Positions 25,882 to 45,411 of a stretch of 64,000 nucleotides of DNA are shown piece by piece; position 1 is the first letter of the stretch; every line of letters starts with the position of its first letter. Both the position numbers and the translations under genes were made by a program. Origin of the DNA: Phaeosaccion multiseriatum (taxonomy: Eukaryota > Protista > Ochrophyta, other classes); NCBI GenBank assembly GCA_965112735.1, contig OZ218950.1, forward strand, positions 4,216,001 through 4,280,000, in the 5' to 3' direction. The notes under the pieces were generated by a model. The model worked only from the letters and a program-made list of their open reading frames with translations. It did not search any database and was not told where the DNA came from.

Positions 25882-26074
25882 TCACTCGTCCTCGTCCTCC
25901 ATCTCGTCCTCTAGCTCCTTGGCGAGCTCCTCCTCGGTCTTCTCGTCGAGTCCCTTGCGAGCGCTCTCCAGCTCCTTCTTATAGGCGTTGGGCGGGTATC
26001 GCATCGCCTGATGATGATGACGATGATGATGACGATGATGGTGATGATGATGACGATGGTGATGATGATGATGG

Positions 26075-26107
<33 letters not shown>

Positions 26108-26141
26108 CGATGGTGATGATGATGATGACGATGATGATGAC

Positions 26142-26182
<41 letters not shown>

Positions 26183-26250
26183 CGATGGTGATGGTGATGA
26201 TGACGATGATGATGACGATGGTGATGGTGATGATGATGACGATGGTGATT

Positions 26251-26282
<32 letters not shown>

Positions 26283-26340
26283 GATGATGACGATGGTGAT
26301 GATGATGATGATGATGATGATGCGATGGTGATGACGATAG

Positions 26341-26373
<33 letters not shown>

Positions 26374-27337
26374 CGATGGTGATGATGATGATGATGATGT
26401 CATCACATGGGTCCAGTGCATACAGAACAGGGTGTCAGGTGTCAGGTGTTAGGTAGGCAGACTGGCGCACAGAATGAGGAAATGAAAACATGTCAGGACT
26501 GAACCGAACAGTGTGATGGTAATCATTGATCGATTCAATGACCCTGACCCTCCCTCCCTCCCTCCCTCCCTCCCTCCCTCCCTAACCTTGACGGCCTCGT
26601 TGTGCACGTCGAGACAGAAGGTGGTTCTCTTGTGAAAGGCCGTCTGCGGCTCGTCAGTGGAGTACACATCGGTGACTTCCTGGCTGGTGACGAAGCCCCC
26701 CTCCCTGTCCACCACTGCATCGATGACTCCGTCGCGGACAGCCTTGGCAACGATAAACTCGGCGTTTGCCACGGACTCAAGCTTCACCTGCGCAACACAG
26801 TAGAGCAGTTGGTGATACAGTACAGCAAAGCAAGGAGAGTGAGAAAGAAAGCACAGGAGAGAGAGGGGAAGAAGAGGTAAGAAAGGGAGAGCACATCCGC
26901 ACAGTGCAGCACAGAAGACGAGAGGAGACACAGCACGACAACGCAGCATATGGCACAGCACGACAACACGACAACAACTCCTCCTCCCCCCTCCCTCTGT
27001 TTGGGCCCCTGCCCCTCTGTCCAGCCAACCCTCGCCCTGTGCCCCTCTGGCCTTGCCTTGGCGGCGATGTCGGCGAGGGAGATGCAACTGTACGATACAT
27101 TGATCTTACGGAGGCCCGTCTTGATCACGTTGTGCCTCAGGCGGTGGATCAAAGAGTATGTCTCGTCCGCCTGGAGGAGAGGGGAAGGAGAGGGCGGGCA
27201 GACGGAGGGAAAGAAAAAGGTGAATACGAGTGAAGGTCGAAGAGGAGAAGAGGAGTGTCGAACACCCTGACTCATCGTGGGTAAGCACACACATACACCC
27301 CCCCCTTTTGTGTGTGTGGGAAGGGAACAGCAACCAC

Positions 27338-27371
<34 letters not shown>

Positions 27372-28971
27372 CCAAGAACAACATCCCTATTCTCTCTTGC
27401 CTTTTCACGCAGCATGTATGTACCCAATACCATACCGAAGTACCATCCCGTCCATACCTGGAAGGCCTGCTTATACTGCTCCACCACTTCGTTGAACTGC
27501 GTCAGGTCCCCGAGCCGCACCGCCTGGGTCAGGGCCAGGTAGGCCGCCATGGGCTGTCGGAACCCGGCCTGATGGAAGATGGCCCGCTCGGGAATCTGCC
27601 CCAGCAGCAGCTGTACAATGACCATGAGCTTGTGTGCCTCGACGCGGAAGGCGAGGGCAGTGTTCTGAGGGGCCTTACGGAGGGACTGCATGAGGCTCGT
27701 AAAGGCGTCGGAGTAGTCCAGCTGGTTGTGGGGTGGGGTGGTGGGAGGGAGGAGGGGAGGAGGGAAGGGGTCAGGTGGCCCGGGCGAGCATCCGCCTCGG
27801 AGGGCAGAGAGAGAGAGAGAGAGAGAGCGCATTGAGCAAGTACACACAACTGATTCAATGACTGACCTTGAGCGCACAAATGCATACATAACATAACATA
27901 ACATAACATAACATAACATACCTGCAGGGCGTGGATGCGGCCCATGTAGTAGAGGTACCGGCAGAACTGATTGTTGCTCACGGACTCGGGGAAGGTGGTC
28001 TTTGAGGCCAGCTTGTAGGCCTGATCGATGAGCTTCTGGCTCAGCAGGGAGCGCAGCAGCAGGTTGAGCACGGTGGCCTGGCCAATCTCGTCGTGGCGCA
28101 GGCAGCAGGTCCGGTGCAGGGTGAGGAGGCGGGGGCGAATCTCCGCCAGCCTGCCCGCCCGCTCGTGGGCCAGGCTGTAGTACTGCGTGATCTTGGCCGC
28201 GAGCAGGTCCAGGCTGCGGCGGTTGAACGTCTCTACGCGGGCCAGGAGCTCCGCTGAGAGGGCCACCCCAACGCTGCTTTCCCCGCCTGCTGCTGCTTCT
28301 TCTCGCAATACGGTGGTAAGGGTGAGGAGGGCGAGGTAGGCCTCCACTTCTGGGAGAGCGCAGGGGAGGTCTATGTTGGGCTCGGCGGCTGCTAGTGCCG
28401 CCGCGGCTGCCTCTGCCTTTTCCTTTTCTTCTCTTGCGGCCTTCTCTTTGGCCTCCGCGGCGGCCTTCTCCTCGGCTGACCGCTTGTCCCCCTTCGTCTT
28501 CTTCTTCTCCTCCTCCTTCTTCTTCTTCTCCGCTTCCTCCACCTCCTTCGCCGTGGGCGCTACCGTCTTGATCTTCTTCTTCTCCTCTTCCTCTCGCGCC
28601 TCCTTCCTCTTCTTCTCCTCCTCCTCCTCCACCTCCAGCTGCTCCTCAGTCTTGCCCTGCGGCAGCCCTGCCAGCACCTCTAATAGCCTGCCCTTGATGG
28701 GACAGTCTTCTGGAAGCGCCTTGGACACCACCCCACTCAGAACAGCCGCCTTCACCTTCCTCCTGATGATCGTCCCGTCCCTTAGTGCCCGGGCCGTCAA
28801 CCTGCTTTGATCTACCTCCACTGCCCTGTTGACTTGAGCCAGTTTCAGCAGCACCTCCCTTGCGCGGACGGGCTTCTCCAGCACCGCAGCTGCAGCCTCT
28901 GCGTCCTCCTCGGGTGTGACGAGCACCGTTGCCGCCGCCTCGTGCATCTCTGCATCAGGCATGCCGAACAT
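25882..28971 (-). CDS. PSMD3: 26S proteasome regulatory subunit Rpn3 (PCI domain), 5 exons: ~28971-27922, 27722-27458, 27169-27057, 26787-26587, 26007-25882
   Basis: [120 protein letters not shown]. Confidence 0.96.
26009..26404. repeat. ~395-bp (GAT)n/(GAC/GGT) trinucleotide tract in the last Rpn3 intron
   Basis: Directly visible. It generates spurious poly-D, poly-M and poly-H ORFs. Confidence 0.97.
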
Positions 28972-29356
28972 GGCGCCTCACGAACTGTTTCCCTCGTGTT
29001 CTCTGTGCTTCACCACCCCCTCCCTTCCTCTTGCTGCTGCCTTCCGCGTGCAACTTTCCACTGCGCCCTTCCTTCTCGGTATAGAGCCGCTATAGATATA
29101 GTAGAGCTCTCTCTTATCGCCCTTCTTGGCTCTCGTTGATGATTGGCTTCCTCCACAGGAACCGCACTGGTCACCAACCACTGAAACTAAAACCGCGATT
29201 CCTCATCCAGCTTCTTTCCCCAACAAATTAACCCAACACAACACATAGAAAGGCAGGCCCTCCTGCAACCTCTTGCACCGCTTCGTCTCTTACAGCCAAG
29301 TGTGCTTCGACGACGAACCGTCTCTGACGCTACTATTCCTCATCCTCTCTCTCCTC

Positions 29357-29452
<96 letters not shown>

Positions 29453-29629
29453 TCCCTCTCTCCCTCTCTCTGGTCTGGTTCGCTCTCCTTTCGGGTGAAA
29501 GATATCAGTAGTAGCAGAAGTAGTAGCAGTAGTAGTAGTAGCAGGAGAGAAGGAGAAGAGAGGAACAGCAGCAGCAGCAGCAGCAGCAGCGGCAGCAGCA
29601 GGAAGCGGCCTTTTGGCCGCACACAGACA

Positions 29630-30352
29630 ATGAGCAGCGCTGCGGCAGCGAGGGTGCCCCTCACAGGCTTCCACAAGAGCCAGCGACCGCTGTGGACGCC
29701 GCTTTCCACCATCCGCCTGCTGCTGTCGGTGGCAGTGGACGTGTGCATGTGGTGGCACTACTTCCCGGAGGAGAAGAACGACTACCTCTCGCGCGCCTTT
29801 GCGCTGTTCCTCGTGTACCTCGGTGAGTCCACGAGCGTCGCAGAAAGATGGATCAAAGGTAGACGGAAGCATCGCGCAGCCCTTCCTTCGGTCGTGGTTC
29901 TTCTTCTGCTGCTGAGCATCTCTCACTCTCTCACGCTCGATTCTCTCACTTACTCAGACCTGCGCTACGCCTTTGTGGGCGCGCTCCTTCCTCGCATCGC
30001 CCCTGTGGGCCTCCTGTGCTTCTTCTTTGAGCACCTCGAGTTCTTCAGTGCACTGGCCGATCGGGTGGACAACGACGATGAGCCTCTATCACCAGCACCA
30101 GCAGCAGCAGCAGGAGGGTGGGGAGGAGAAGGGGCGGTGGCACAGTGGGACGCGGTGCAGCCCACGGCTACCCGAAAGACCACCAACCATGACGACTATT
30201 ACGAGGAAGATGCCCCGCCTAGCCCGAAGGCCAGGCCGGGCGAGATGTTGGGGTTTGACGTTGACAACGTGGTTGGCGATGAAGTTATCGAGCTGCAGTC
30301 CATGCAGGTGGGCGACGCCAGCAGCCGGCCAGGCGTAAGGAGGAGGATGTGA
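29630..30352 (+). CDS. Small predicted membrane protein of unknown function; probable intron 29823-29957
   Basis: Coding-like ORF MSSAAAARVPLTGFHKSQRPLW... with 2-3 hydrophobic segments and an acidic tail. The GTGAGT donor and CTCAG acceptor are phase-compatible. No family recognised. Confidence 0.6.
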   Translation: MSSAAAARVPLTGFHKSQRPLWTPLSTIRLLLSVAVDVCMWWHYFPEEKNDYLSRAFALFLVYLGESTSVAERWIKGRRKHRAALPSVVVLLLLLSISHSLTLDSLTYSDLRYAFVGALLPRIAPVGLLCFFFEHLEFFSALADRVDNDDEPLSPAPAAAAGGWGGEGAVAQWDAVQPTATRKTTNHDDYYEEDAPPSPKARPGEMLGFDVDNVVGDEVIELQSMQVGDASSRPGVRRRM

Positions 30353-30540
30353 TGAAAGTTAGACAGCCAGCCGGGCGTAAATGTGATGCCGAGGCAATGG
30401 AACGGCACGGTCGTGGAACCACGAGCATGGGGCACTTCTCTGCACTCTCCTCAGACTTGTGTGTGTTTTGGGGCAAGGTCTTTCTGCAGAGCTTCCATGC
30501 GTGTCCAGCGGGCGATGGCACCGCACACACCCTAGACAAC

Positions 30541-30612
30541 TGCCAGTGCTTGGACCTGTGCCAGTGCTTGGACCTGTGCCAGTGCTTGGACCTGTGCCAG
30601 TGCCAGTGCCTG
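30541..30612. repeat. 18-bp tandem repeat (tgccagtgcttggacctg) x3 plus partial
   Basis: Directly visible downstream of the 29630 gene. Confidence 0.9.
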
Positions 30613-32017
30613 TGCATGTGCTTGTGCCTGTCCTTCCGAGGCTTTTCGGCCCCGGGAAGTAGCACCTCGCAATGGAGAGAGAACGGGAGAAAGGAGAGGA
30701 GTGCAACAAGGGCACAAGGTGCATTTGTGCCATGCGTTAACGCACAATGCGTGCATTTGTGTCATGTGTGTGCGTTACGCGACCTCGCGGCGTATACGAA
30801 GCATTCTTCTATCCGCCCCTTCAGAGGCCTCCAGGCCCGGCAGAGGCCGTCCCTGAGTGAGTGCAGAGTGCCGACAGGCCTTCCCTGGGGGAGGGCAGAG
30901 TGCTGTGCGTCTGACCCTACCTCTCTCATACGCAAGCAAGCAACCACAGAGGACATCTTCTCTGGACCTCCTGAGGGGGGCGGGGGGAGGGGGGAGGCGG
31001 GCGCCCTGCTCTGACGACGGGCGGCGGTTTGAGTGATGAATGATGAATGAGCTCCCTTGCCAGTGGCGGACGATGGAGGGGTGGAGAGGGTTGAAAGGTC
31101 ACAGCCGACCGCCGAAATACGATGGCGGTGCTGCCATCATCCCATCGATATGCAGAATGGTTTGCTGTTGGGTGCTTGATTCATTCATCGGTCTTTCGTA
31201 TGGAGGAGGCGGGTGAGGGCCATGCAGACAAACAGGTTCAGGTAGTACCAGCAACAGCGGGGGCAACAGCAGTCCGACCCCGCCCCTCTCCATGCCCCCG
31301 CCAGAGCATCGGTAAGCGGCTGTACATGGCTGTACACGCACTTCGTATTCGGCAGCAGCGGTGCAAGCCGCGGGGGGGGGGGATGCCGTCGCTGTGACGC
31401 TGGAGGTGCCGCTGGAGGTGTCGCTGCTGGTGAAGCGTCTCGTGAGGGTCGAGCCCCGACAGAGCAGGCAAACCACAGAGTGGCACGACCGTGCAGTCAC
31501 ATGCCACGCGCCCCCCAATGCTCTGTAGATGGGCTGACGATAGACTGTAGATAGATGGGCTGTAGATGGGCTGACGATAGAGGAGCAGCAGTGGAGCAGT
31601 GGCCTTACTTACCTCGCCAGGCTGGAGAAAAGGGCTTCATGCCGCCCTCCAAAAAGTTACTCCTTTAAATTGAATTAATGCCCAGATGATATTTAAAGTG
31701 TTATAGAGTGAGACTGGGGATCCCATGTGGCGTGAATGCGTCGTCTACGGCGCCCCTCCCTTCGTGTGGCTTGTGACGTGTGTACGCAAAGGCATAACAT
31801 GTAAGACCGCGAGCGGACTCACTGAACGTGACCTCTCTCCCGACCCCCCTCTCTTTCCTCCCTCCCTCTCCACCCCCCCCCCCCCTTCTTTCTCTCTTGT
31901 ACGAGCAAGGGCCCATACTCTCTCTCACTCTCACTCTCTCTCTCTCACACACACACACGCACACACGCACACACGCACACACACTCTCTCACACACTCTC
32001 TCACACACACACACTCC

Positions 32018-32088
<71 letters not shown>

Positions 32089-32102
32089 TCGCTCTCTCTC
32101 TC

Positions 32103-34919
32103 TTATATGAGCACGGGCTGCATGCCGTCCGTTTCCGACGCGGCCTTTGGAGACACATGGGCGTGGAGAGAGCCGACCCCGCCATTTCGTCGCTCCCCCC
32201 TCCCCGGTGTGACCATCGCCAGCCCTTCAGCCCCCCTGTTGCCTCTCTTGGCGCTGCTGCTGCTGCTGCTGAGGCCATGTGCGCCATAGTCCAGTGCGGG
32301 GGAATAGTCCTCGTCCGGGGCGTGGGCGTAAGCCAAGGCCCAAATGTACATGTTGAAAGTGGCGAAGAAGCCCAGGAATAATGCACTTGTCGCCCGGATA
32401 GGGTAGAAGCTCCCGGCCAATACGCCGACCACACCCATGAGTAGACTGGCCAGGGAGAGGATGAAGAGCAGCTGGTAAGGCAGGCTGAAGCTCTCGAGGC
32501 GACGAATGCAGGTGTAGGACAGTCTGACCACCCAACCAATGTACACGGCCATAAAGAGGCCGAGAAAGACGCCGCTGACTGTGGCGCCGGAGTCGGTAAG
32601 GCCTCCGTAGGACGGGGAGTTAATCTTTCTGTAACGGTACACGCTGAAAGTGGAGATGCTGTGGAGAGGGGTGAGGGGAGGGGAGAGGAGGCGAGAGGAG
32701 GAGAGGGGAGGGGAGGAGAGGGGAAGAAGGGTGGGGGGAGGGAGGGGGGGAGAGGACGCGAGAGGAAAGGTGAGGGAGGAGAGAGTGTGTGGAGGAGCAG
32801 GTAGCGCGGATTGTGGGGATACAAGCGAGAAGAGAGGGCGGGTCGAGGGGTTCGGGCGCTCAGAAGTGGGAGCTAAGATGACGTCCGACTGTATCAAGCA
32901 CCGGCCTAGCCAGGCTAAGCACTGCATTTAGACAAACACACACACACACGAACGTACGAACGCATGGAAGGAAGGGAAGGATGTATGGTTGGGTCTACTC
33001 ACGTGATGATGGCAATGCTGCCCACGAGGACCACCTTGGGCAGCCAGTACTTCACAAGAGGCCTGGGGTGGCGAAGCAATCCCCGCCCGCTTCCTCCATT
33101 ATCGCCCGTTCTCCCTCCTCTTGCCCAGGCGCTGGTGCTACTCACGGCAGGCGAGCATGCCATCTTCATGTCGTCCAGCAGACACAACCAAAACAGGAGG
33201 AGGGACAAGACAAAGGCCGTCACCGCGACAATGTACAGAGTGGAAAAGGACACACGGGTGTCGTACTCCCTCGCAAACAGCTTGACGGGGAAGAAGGGGT
33301 CGTTGAAGAAGCACAGCAGCACGAGCAGCAGCAAGATCCAGTACTGCTGGAAGGACCAGTCCTTGCGGCGGATGGTCCTGAGGCGGGCCACATAGCCGTG
33401 TTTGGGCAGGAACATGACCAGAAGGGTGCCGCACAGAAAGAGGTACTTCCAAAACAGCTCGAACTTGGTGTAGCCGGCCCGCACCACCGTCTTTCGGTAC
33501 TGCATGTCGAAGTCCACAGAGTTCTCCTCGGGGTCGATGTTTACGGTAATGTCGCTGCCCCTGTGATGTGTATTCAAAATGCCAATGCCAAGGCGCAACC
33601 AAGACAAAATCGAGTCAGTAACATGAAGGCAGTGGGGGGGGATGGGTCGAAGGGAGGTGAGGTGCTTGTAAGTCGTTGATGAGAGGAGCGAGGAGCCGTC
33701 ACCGAGCGATGCTGGTGAGGAGGCAGGAGGCAGGGGGGAGAGGAATATGGAGTCTCTGCTCTCGCTCTACCACTCTCCCTGCCGTGTGTGTGGTTCCTCC
33801 ACACAGTTCAGGGGAGGGAAAGATAGGCCAGCCAGCCAGCCAGACAGACAGACAGACAGACAGATAGATAGACAGACAGACAGACAGTGAGGCGGGGCGG
33901 GGCGGGGGTGTGCTCCCTTCTCTTAGAGAGAGAGCAAAGGAAAGAACTGAGCATGTAAAAATAAAAAAGAGTTTTGAGTACTCACGTAGAGCTGGTGCTG
34001 ATGACTTCCCACACGGCAGGCTTGTCAATGCTGATGAGCATGCTGTAATCGTCGTGCGTGACGAAGTCCTCGGTCCACACTGTGAACCATGAGCAGTGGG
34101 GCTCGCCTTTGACGCAAGTAATCTCCTTCTTGCCTGAGTCGCGACCGACCTGGAATGGGTCCTAGGGAGAGAGAGTGAGGCGGGGGGAGGGGGGGTGCGG
34201 ATGGAGGGAGGGAGAGAGATAAGATTGAGAGAGAGAGGGAAGGAGGAAGGGAGAGGAAGGGAGAGAGAGGGGGGGGGGTGCCGAGGACGGAAGCAGCCTC
34301 AGAGATACACCACCACACTTCCGCAACCCCCAGCACAGCAGGTCCTCCTCCTCACTACCGCATGACGTATGACGTACGCACGTCCTCCTTACCTGCGGCC
34401 TGCGCGGGGCAGCCTTCACCTCAATGTCAACCTCGAGCTTCACGCCCACTTCGTCCACATCCACCCACTGTGGAGCGGACATTCGGGCCTCCACCAGGAA
34501 CAGCTGGTTCAAGTTTTGGACCTCGACATCGACAGTGAAGAACGCGGTGTCCGCAGCTGGATCGAAGCCCACATTCTGGGGCTCTGAGTCAGAGAGAGAG
34601 CGAGAGAGAGGGGGGGGGGGTCCAATGAGCTCTGGGGGGGGGAACTGGTGGGTGGACATGTTCGTAAGCGTGGGTAAGGGATACGTCTTCTCAATAGACC
34701 CGTACTCAGCTCACAGACGCAACATCGATTCTTTTCTCCTCCAGTGCCGTATGTGGATCATCTACCTCCGAGGGTTTGCTGAAACACGCTCGGCCCCAGA
34801 GCCCCGATGGCGAAGAAGAAGATGAAGAGGGAAGCGAATACGGCTCCGGCCTTGTACACTTGGCGCTTCCCATACTTGGAATTCTCGATGCGTGTGGACT
34901 TGTAGGACTCGTTCTCCAT
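32103..34919 (-). CDS. TMEM181: TMEM181 / Wntless-like multi-pass membrane protein, ~5 exons
   Basis: N-terminal MENESYKSTRIENSKYGKRQVY...FFFAIGALGPSVF, then NLNQLF, and YTKFELFWKYLF...RRKDWSFQQYWILLLLVLLCFFNDPFFP, which resembles the TMEM181 signature DWxxEQKW...NDPFFP. Last TM FNMYIWALAYAHAP. Confidence 0.8.
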
Positions 34920-35259
34920 GGTCGCTGCTTGAGGCGCACGATAACAGGTTTCGGGTTGGTTGGCGCTCTCCCCCCCCAGCGTTTATCGGCTTTCCCTCCT
35001 CTCTGAGGCTCCTTTCATACCCGCATACTTCTTGCGTCCAAAGTATGCTACCTTTTCGCTGGATGGAGTTGGGGGAGGATATTATCTCTGCAATTGCCTG
35101 TTCGAGGCCGCTTCAAGCCCCCTTCCCCCCCCGGCTCGGAAGCCAACTGTGTGATTTATCGGAGGAGCAACATGCCAACGTTGATTTCATCTTTTTTTTT
35201 TTTTTTTTTTTTTGGAAGTGAAATATTCTACAGGGAAGAAGAGACAAATAACAAACAGT

Positions 35260-37070
35260 ATGAAGCTGAAGCATCTGGAGTCGGCTTTACAGGGAGTCAC
35301 TCTGTACAGCGAGCTTGGGCCAGGGAAGACAAAGATCGAGCTGGAGCAGTACAGGTACGGGGGGGGGGAGGAGAGAGAGAGGAAATTATACCTCGTCCTC
35401 TGCGCAGTGCTCTGACGATGCATCCAATGCATATTATGCCCTACTACACCATAATTTCCCCTTTCTTCTCGGCAGCACGAGCCCACACCTCGCAGCAAGG
35501 ATGGTGTACAACGCGCACAGCTACGGCGACATTGAGGGTAGAGTAGTCATGGACCTCGGCTGCGGGTAAGTCAGAAAGTCAGAAAGTAGCAGCCCTCCAC
35601 CTAACCCATCCCCGCCCCGTCTAGCCCGTAACCTCTGTCTGCTGCACTCCTGGCAGGACCGGCATCTTGGGTATCGCCGCGGGCGTGATGGGTGCCGCCG
35701 CGGTGACGGGGGTGGACGTGGATAGATCGGCGCTCGACGTGGCCGCGCAGAACATAGAGGTAAGGAAGGAAGGGCTCAAACCCGGACAGGCTGTTGCCAT
35801 CTTGTCTGTGCCACCCCCTGGGTTGGATCTTTCTTCCGGCCCTCACCACTACTGTGCGCCGCAATGTATGACCATTTCGTCTGTCCTGCCCTCTCTCTTC
35901 TTCATGCGACGCGGACTACTCTAGGAAATGGAAGTTGACATGGAGCTGCTCTGCTGTGACCTCTCTCGGGAGATGCAGTGCCTCTCGACAGATGGAGGAG
36001 CAGAAGAAGAGAAAGAAGGGGCAGAGGCAGGCGGAGATGCAGCAACAGGAGCAGCTGAGGCAGTGACACGACGGCAAATAATCTCCGATGGTACGGTGGA
36101 AGATGGAGAGCATGGGCTGGAGCACCAGAGTCAGACCTCAGCGGCATGTCCGGCAGCAGCAGCACAAAAAGAAGAAGAACCATCCGAAGGGTTAGCGCCA
36201 GGGGCACGAACAGGGGAAGGAGAAGGGGAAGGGGAAGGAGCAGCGCAAGGGGCAGGGGAGGACCGAGTGGGGCCCGGGGGGGCGGAGGGGCGGCATCGGC
36301 GGAGGAGGAGGAGGAGGAGGACGGAAGGCAGCGGACGGGGGGCGAGAGTGGTGGACACCGTGCTGATGAACCCCCCCTTTGGGACTCGAAACGCGGGCAT
36401 GGACACGCTCTTCCTGTGGCGGGCCGTGCAGCTCGCCGGGGGGGCCGTGTACACCATGCACAAGAGCTCTACACGCGACTTCATCCTCGGCAAGGCCAAG
36501 GACTGGGGCTGTGAGGCACAGGTGCTTGCGCAGATGCGCTTCGACATCCCAGGTGGGTATGGGTGGGTATGGGTGGGTCTGGGATGAAGCGGGGGGCTGG
36601 GGTACATACCAGTATAAAGATTGATAGGCACTTGGGAGAGAGCAGTCAAGTGGCTTTCGGCCGCGTCAGTCATCGTGGTCCTGACCTCCTGCTGCCCAAC
36701 CTCGCTGTGATTTGATTTGCCTCGCCCGCCCTTTCGCTTGCTTACGTTCTGAGTCTTGCTGGCCTCCCTTCCCTTCCCTTCCCTTCCCTTCCCTTCCCTT
36801 CCCTTCCCTTCCCTTCCCTTCCTACCCCTCCTTCCCTCCCACTAACACCTAATGTGATATGATGTGATATGTCCGTATGCCCGTGTGCTCGGACGCCCGT
36901 ACCTGCCTACCGCACTGTTACCGTACCCCCTCTCCCTTCCCTCCCCTCCAGCCACGTACAAGTTCCACAAGAAGAAGTCAATGGATGTGGAGGTGGACCT
37001 CATCCGCTTGCAAATACCCCAGGAGCAGCAGCGTGAAGGAGACAGGCTGAAAGAGGAAGAGGATGACTGA
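35260..37070 (+). CDS. METTL5: rRNA N6-adenosine methyltransferase METTL5-like, 5 exons: ~35260-35354, 35476-35565, 35657-35759, 35925-36552, 36952-37070
   Basis: MKLKHLESALQ, KIELEQYSTSPHLAARM, DIEGRVVMDLGCGTGILGI (SAM-binding motif I), DTVLMNPPFGT (catalytic NPPF), VYTMHKSSTR, RFDIPATYKFHKKKSMDVEVD. Confidence 0.93.
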
Positions 37071-37390
37071 AGGGTCAAAAGGAGGAAGGCAACATGACAC
37101 ATGTTTTCTTTAGATACATGTATGATGATGCAGTCCACAGCTCTCTCCGCTCTCCGAGCAAGGGTGCGACAGACGAGCCGGGATGGCACTAAATGGCACT
37201 ACTTCATTATCATTGGTGCGCCCTGTGTTGAGAGGCACTACCCCCCCCTCCTTCCTCCTCCTCCTCCTCCTGCTGCTGCTACTCCTCGTACTCCTCGTAC
37301 TCCTACTCCTCCTCCTCCTCCTCCTCCTCCTCCTCCTCCTCCTCCTCTTCCTCCTCCTCCTCCTCCTCCTCCTCCTCCTCCTCCTCCTCC

Positions 37391-39795
<2,405 letters not shown>

Positions 39796-40046
39796 TCTTC
39801 TTGTGTCAGCTCCCCTCTACAGCTGCGCGGCAGAAAGCAAGTCTACAGGTACCAGTGAAGCCTCGCTCTTTTTGAAGGCAAGCCCGCCTTTTGCAGATGC
39901 CGGATATCGATGCCGCATCCGCCTCCGTCGGATTGAATGGATGGCAGTAGACGTGATTTCAATGCATTGCCATCCATGGCGGTTGACGAAGCCACGAAGA
40001 AAGGGAAAGCATTATAAAGAGACGAGAGGAAGAGAGAGAGGGCGCG

Positions 40047-45161
<5,115 letters not shown>

Positions 45162-45179
45162 TTTGGCTCATTTATTCTT

Positions 45180-45265
45180 CTTTTGCCGTTTTTTTCTTTT
45201 TTAATTAAAATTATTAAAATTTAATGTTAAACTCTGATACTATAACATAAGATTTAAAAAACAAT
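45180..45265. terminator. AT-rich intergenic segment between convergent genes (putative polyadenylation/termination region)
   Basis: Abrupt AT-rich stretch (ttaattaaaattattaaaatttaatg...) in GC-rich DNA, between the 3' ends at 45161 (+) and 45412 (-). Confidence 0.4.
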
Positions 45266-45411
45266 GTACAGTGGCACAGTGGCATGGTACGACGTATTCA
45301 CAATCATCTGTTCACACTTCCCTCTCCCCTCCCCTCCTCCGGACTTGTCTCGAGCTTGCGGTGGCACCGAGAGCTTCCTTCCATCCATCCCTCCTCACTC
45401 GTGGTGTGGCG

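Noticed and set aside
25791-26456. Poly-Asp or poly-Met protein on the + strand
   Set aside because: Antisense reading of the intronic (GAT)n tract and the last Rpn3 exon.
30349-31014. Metallothionein-like CQCLDL repeat ORF
   Set aside because: The Cys pattern arises from an 18-bp tandem repeat just after a stop codon, and the rest of the ORF has no coherent signal.
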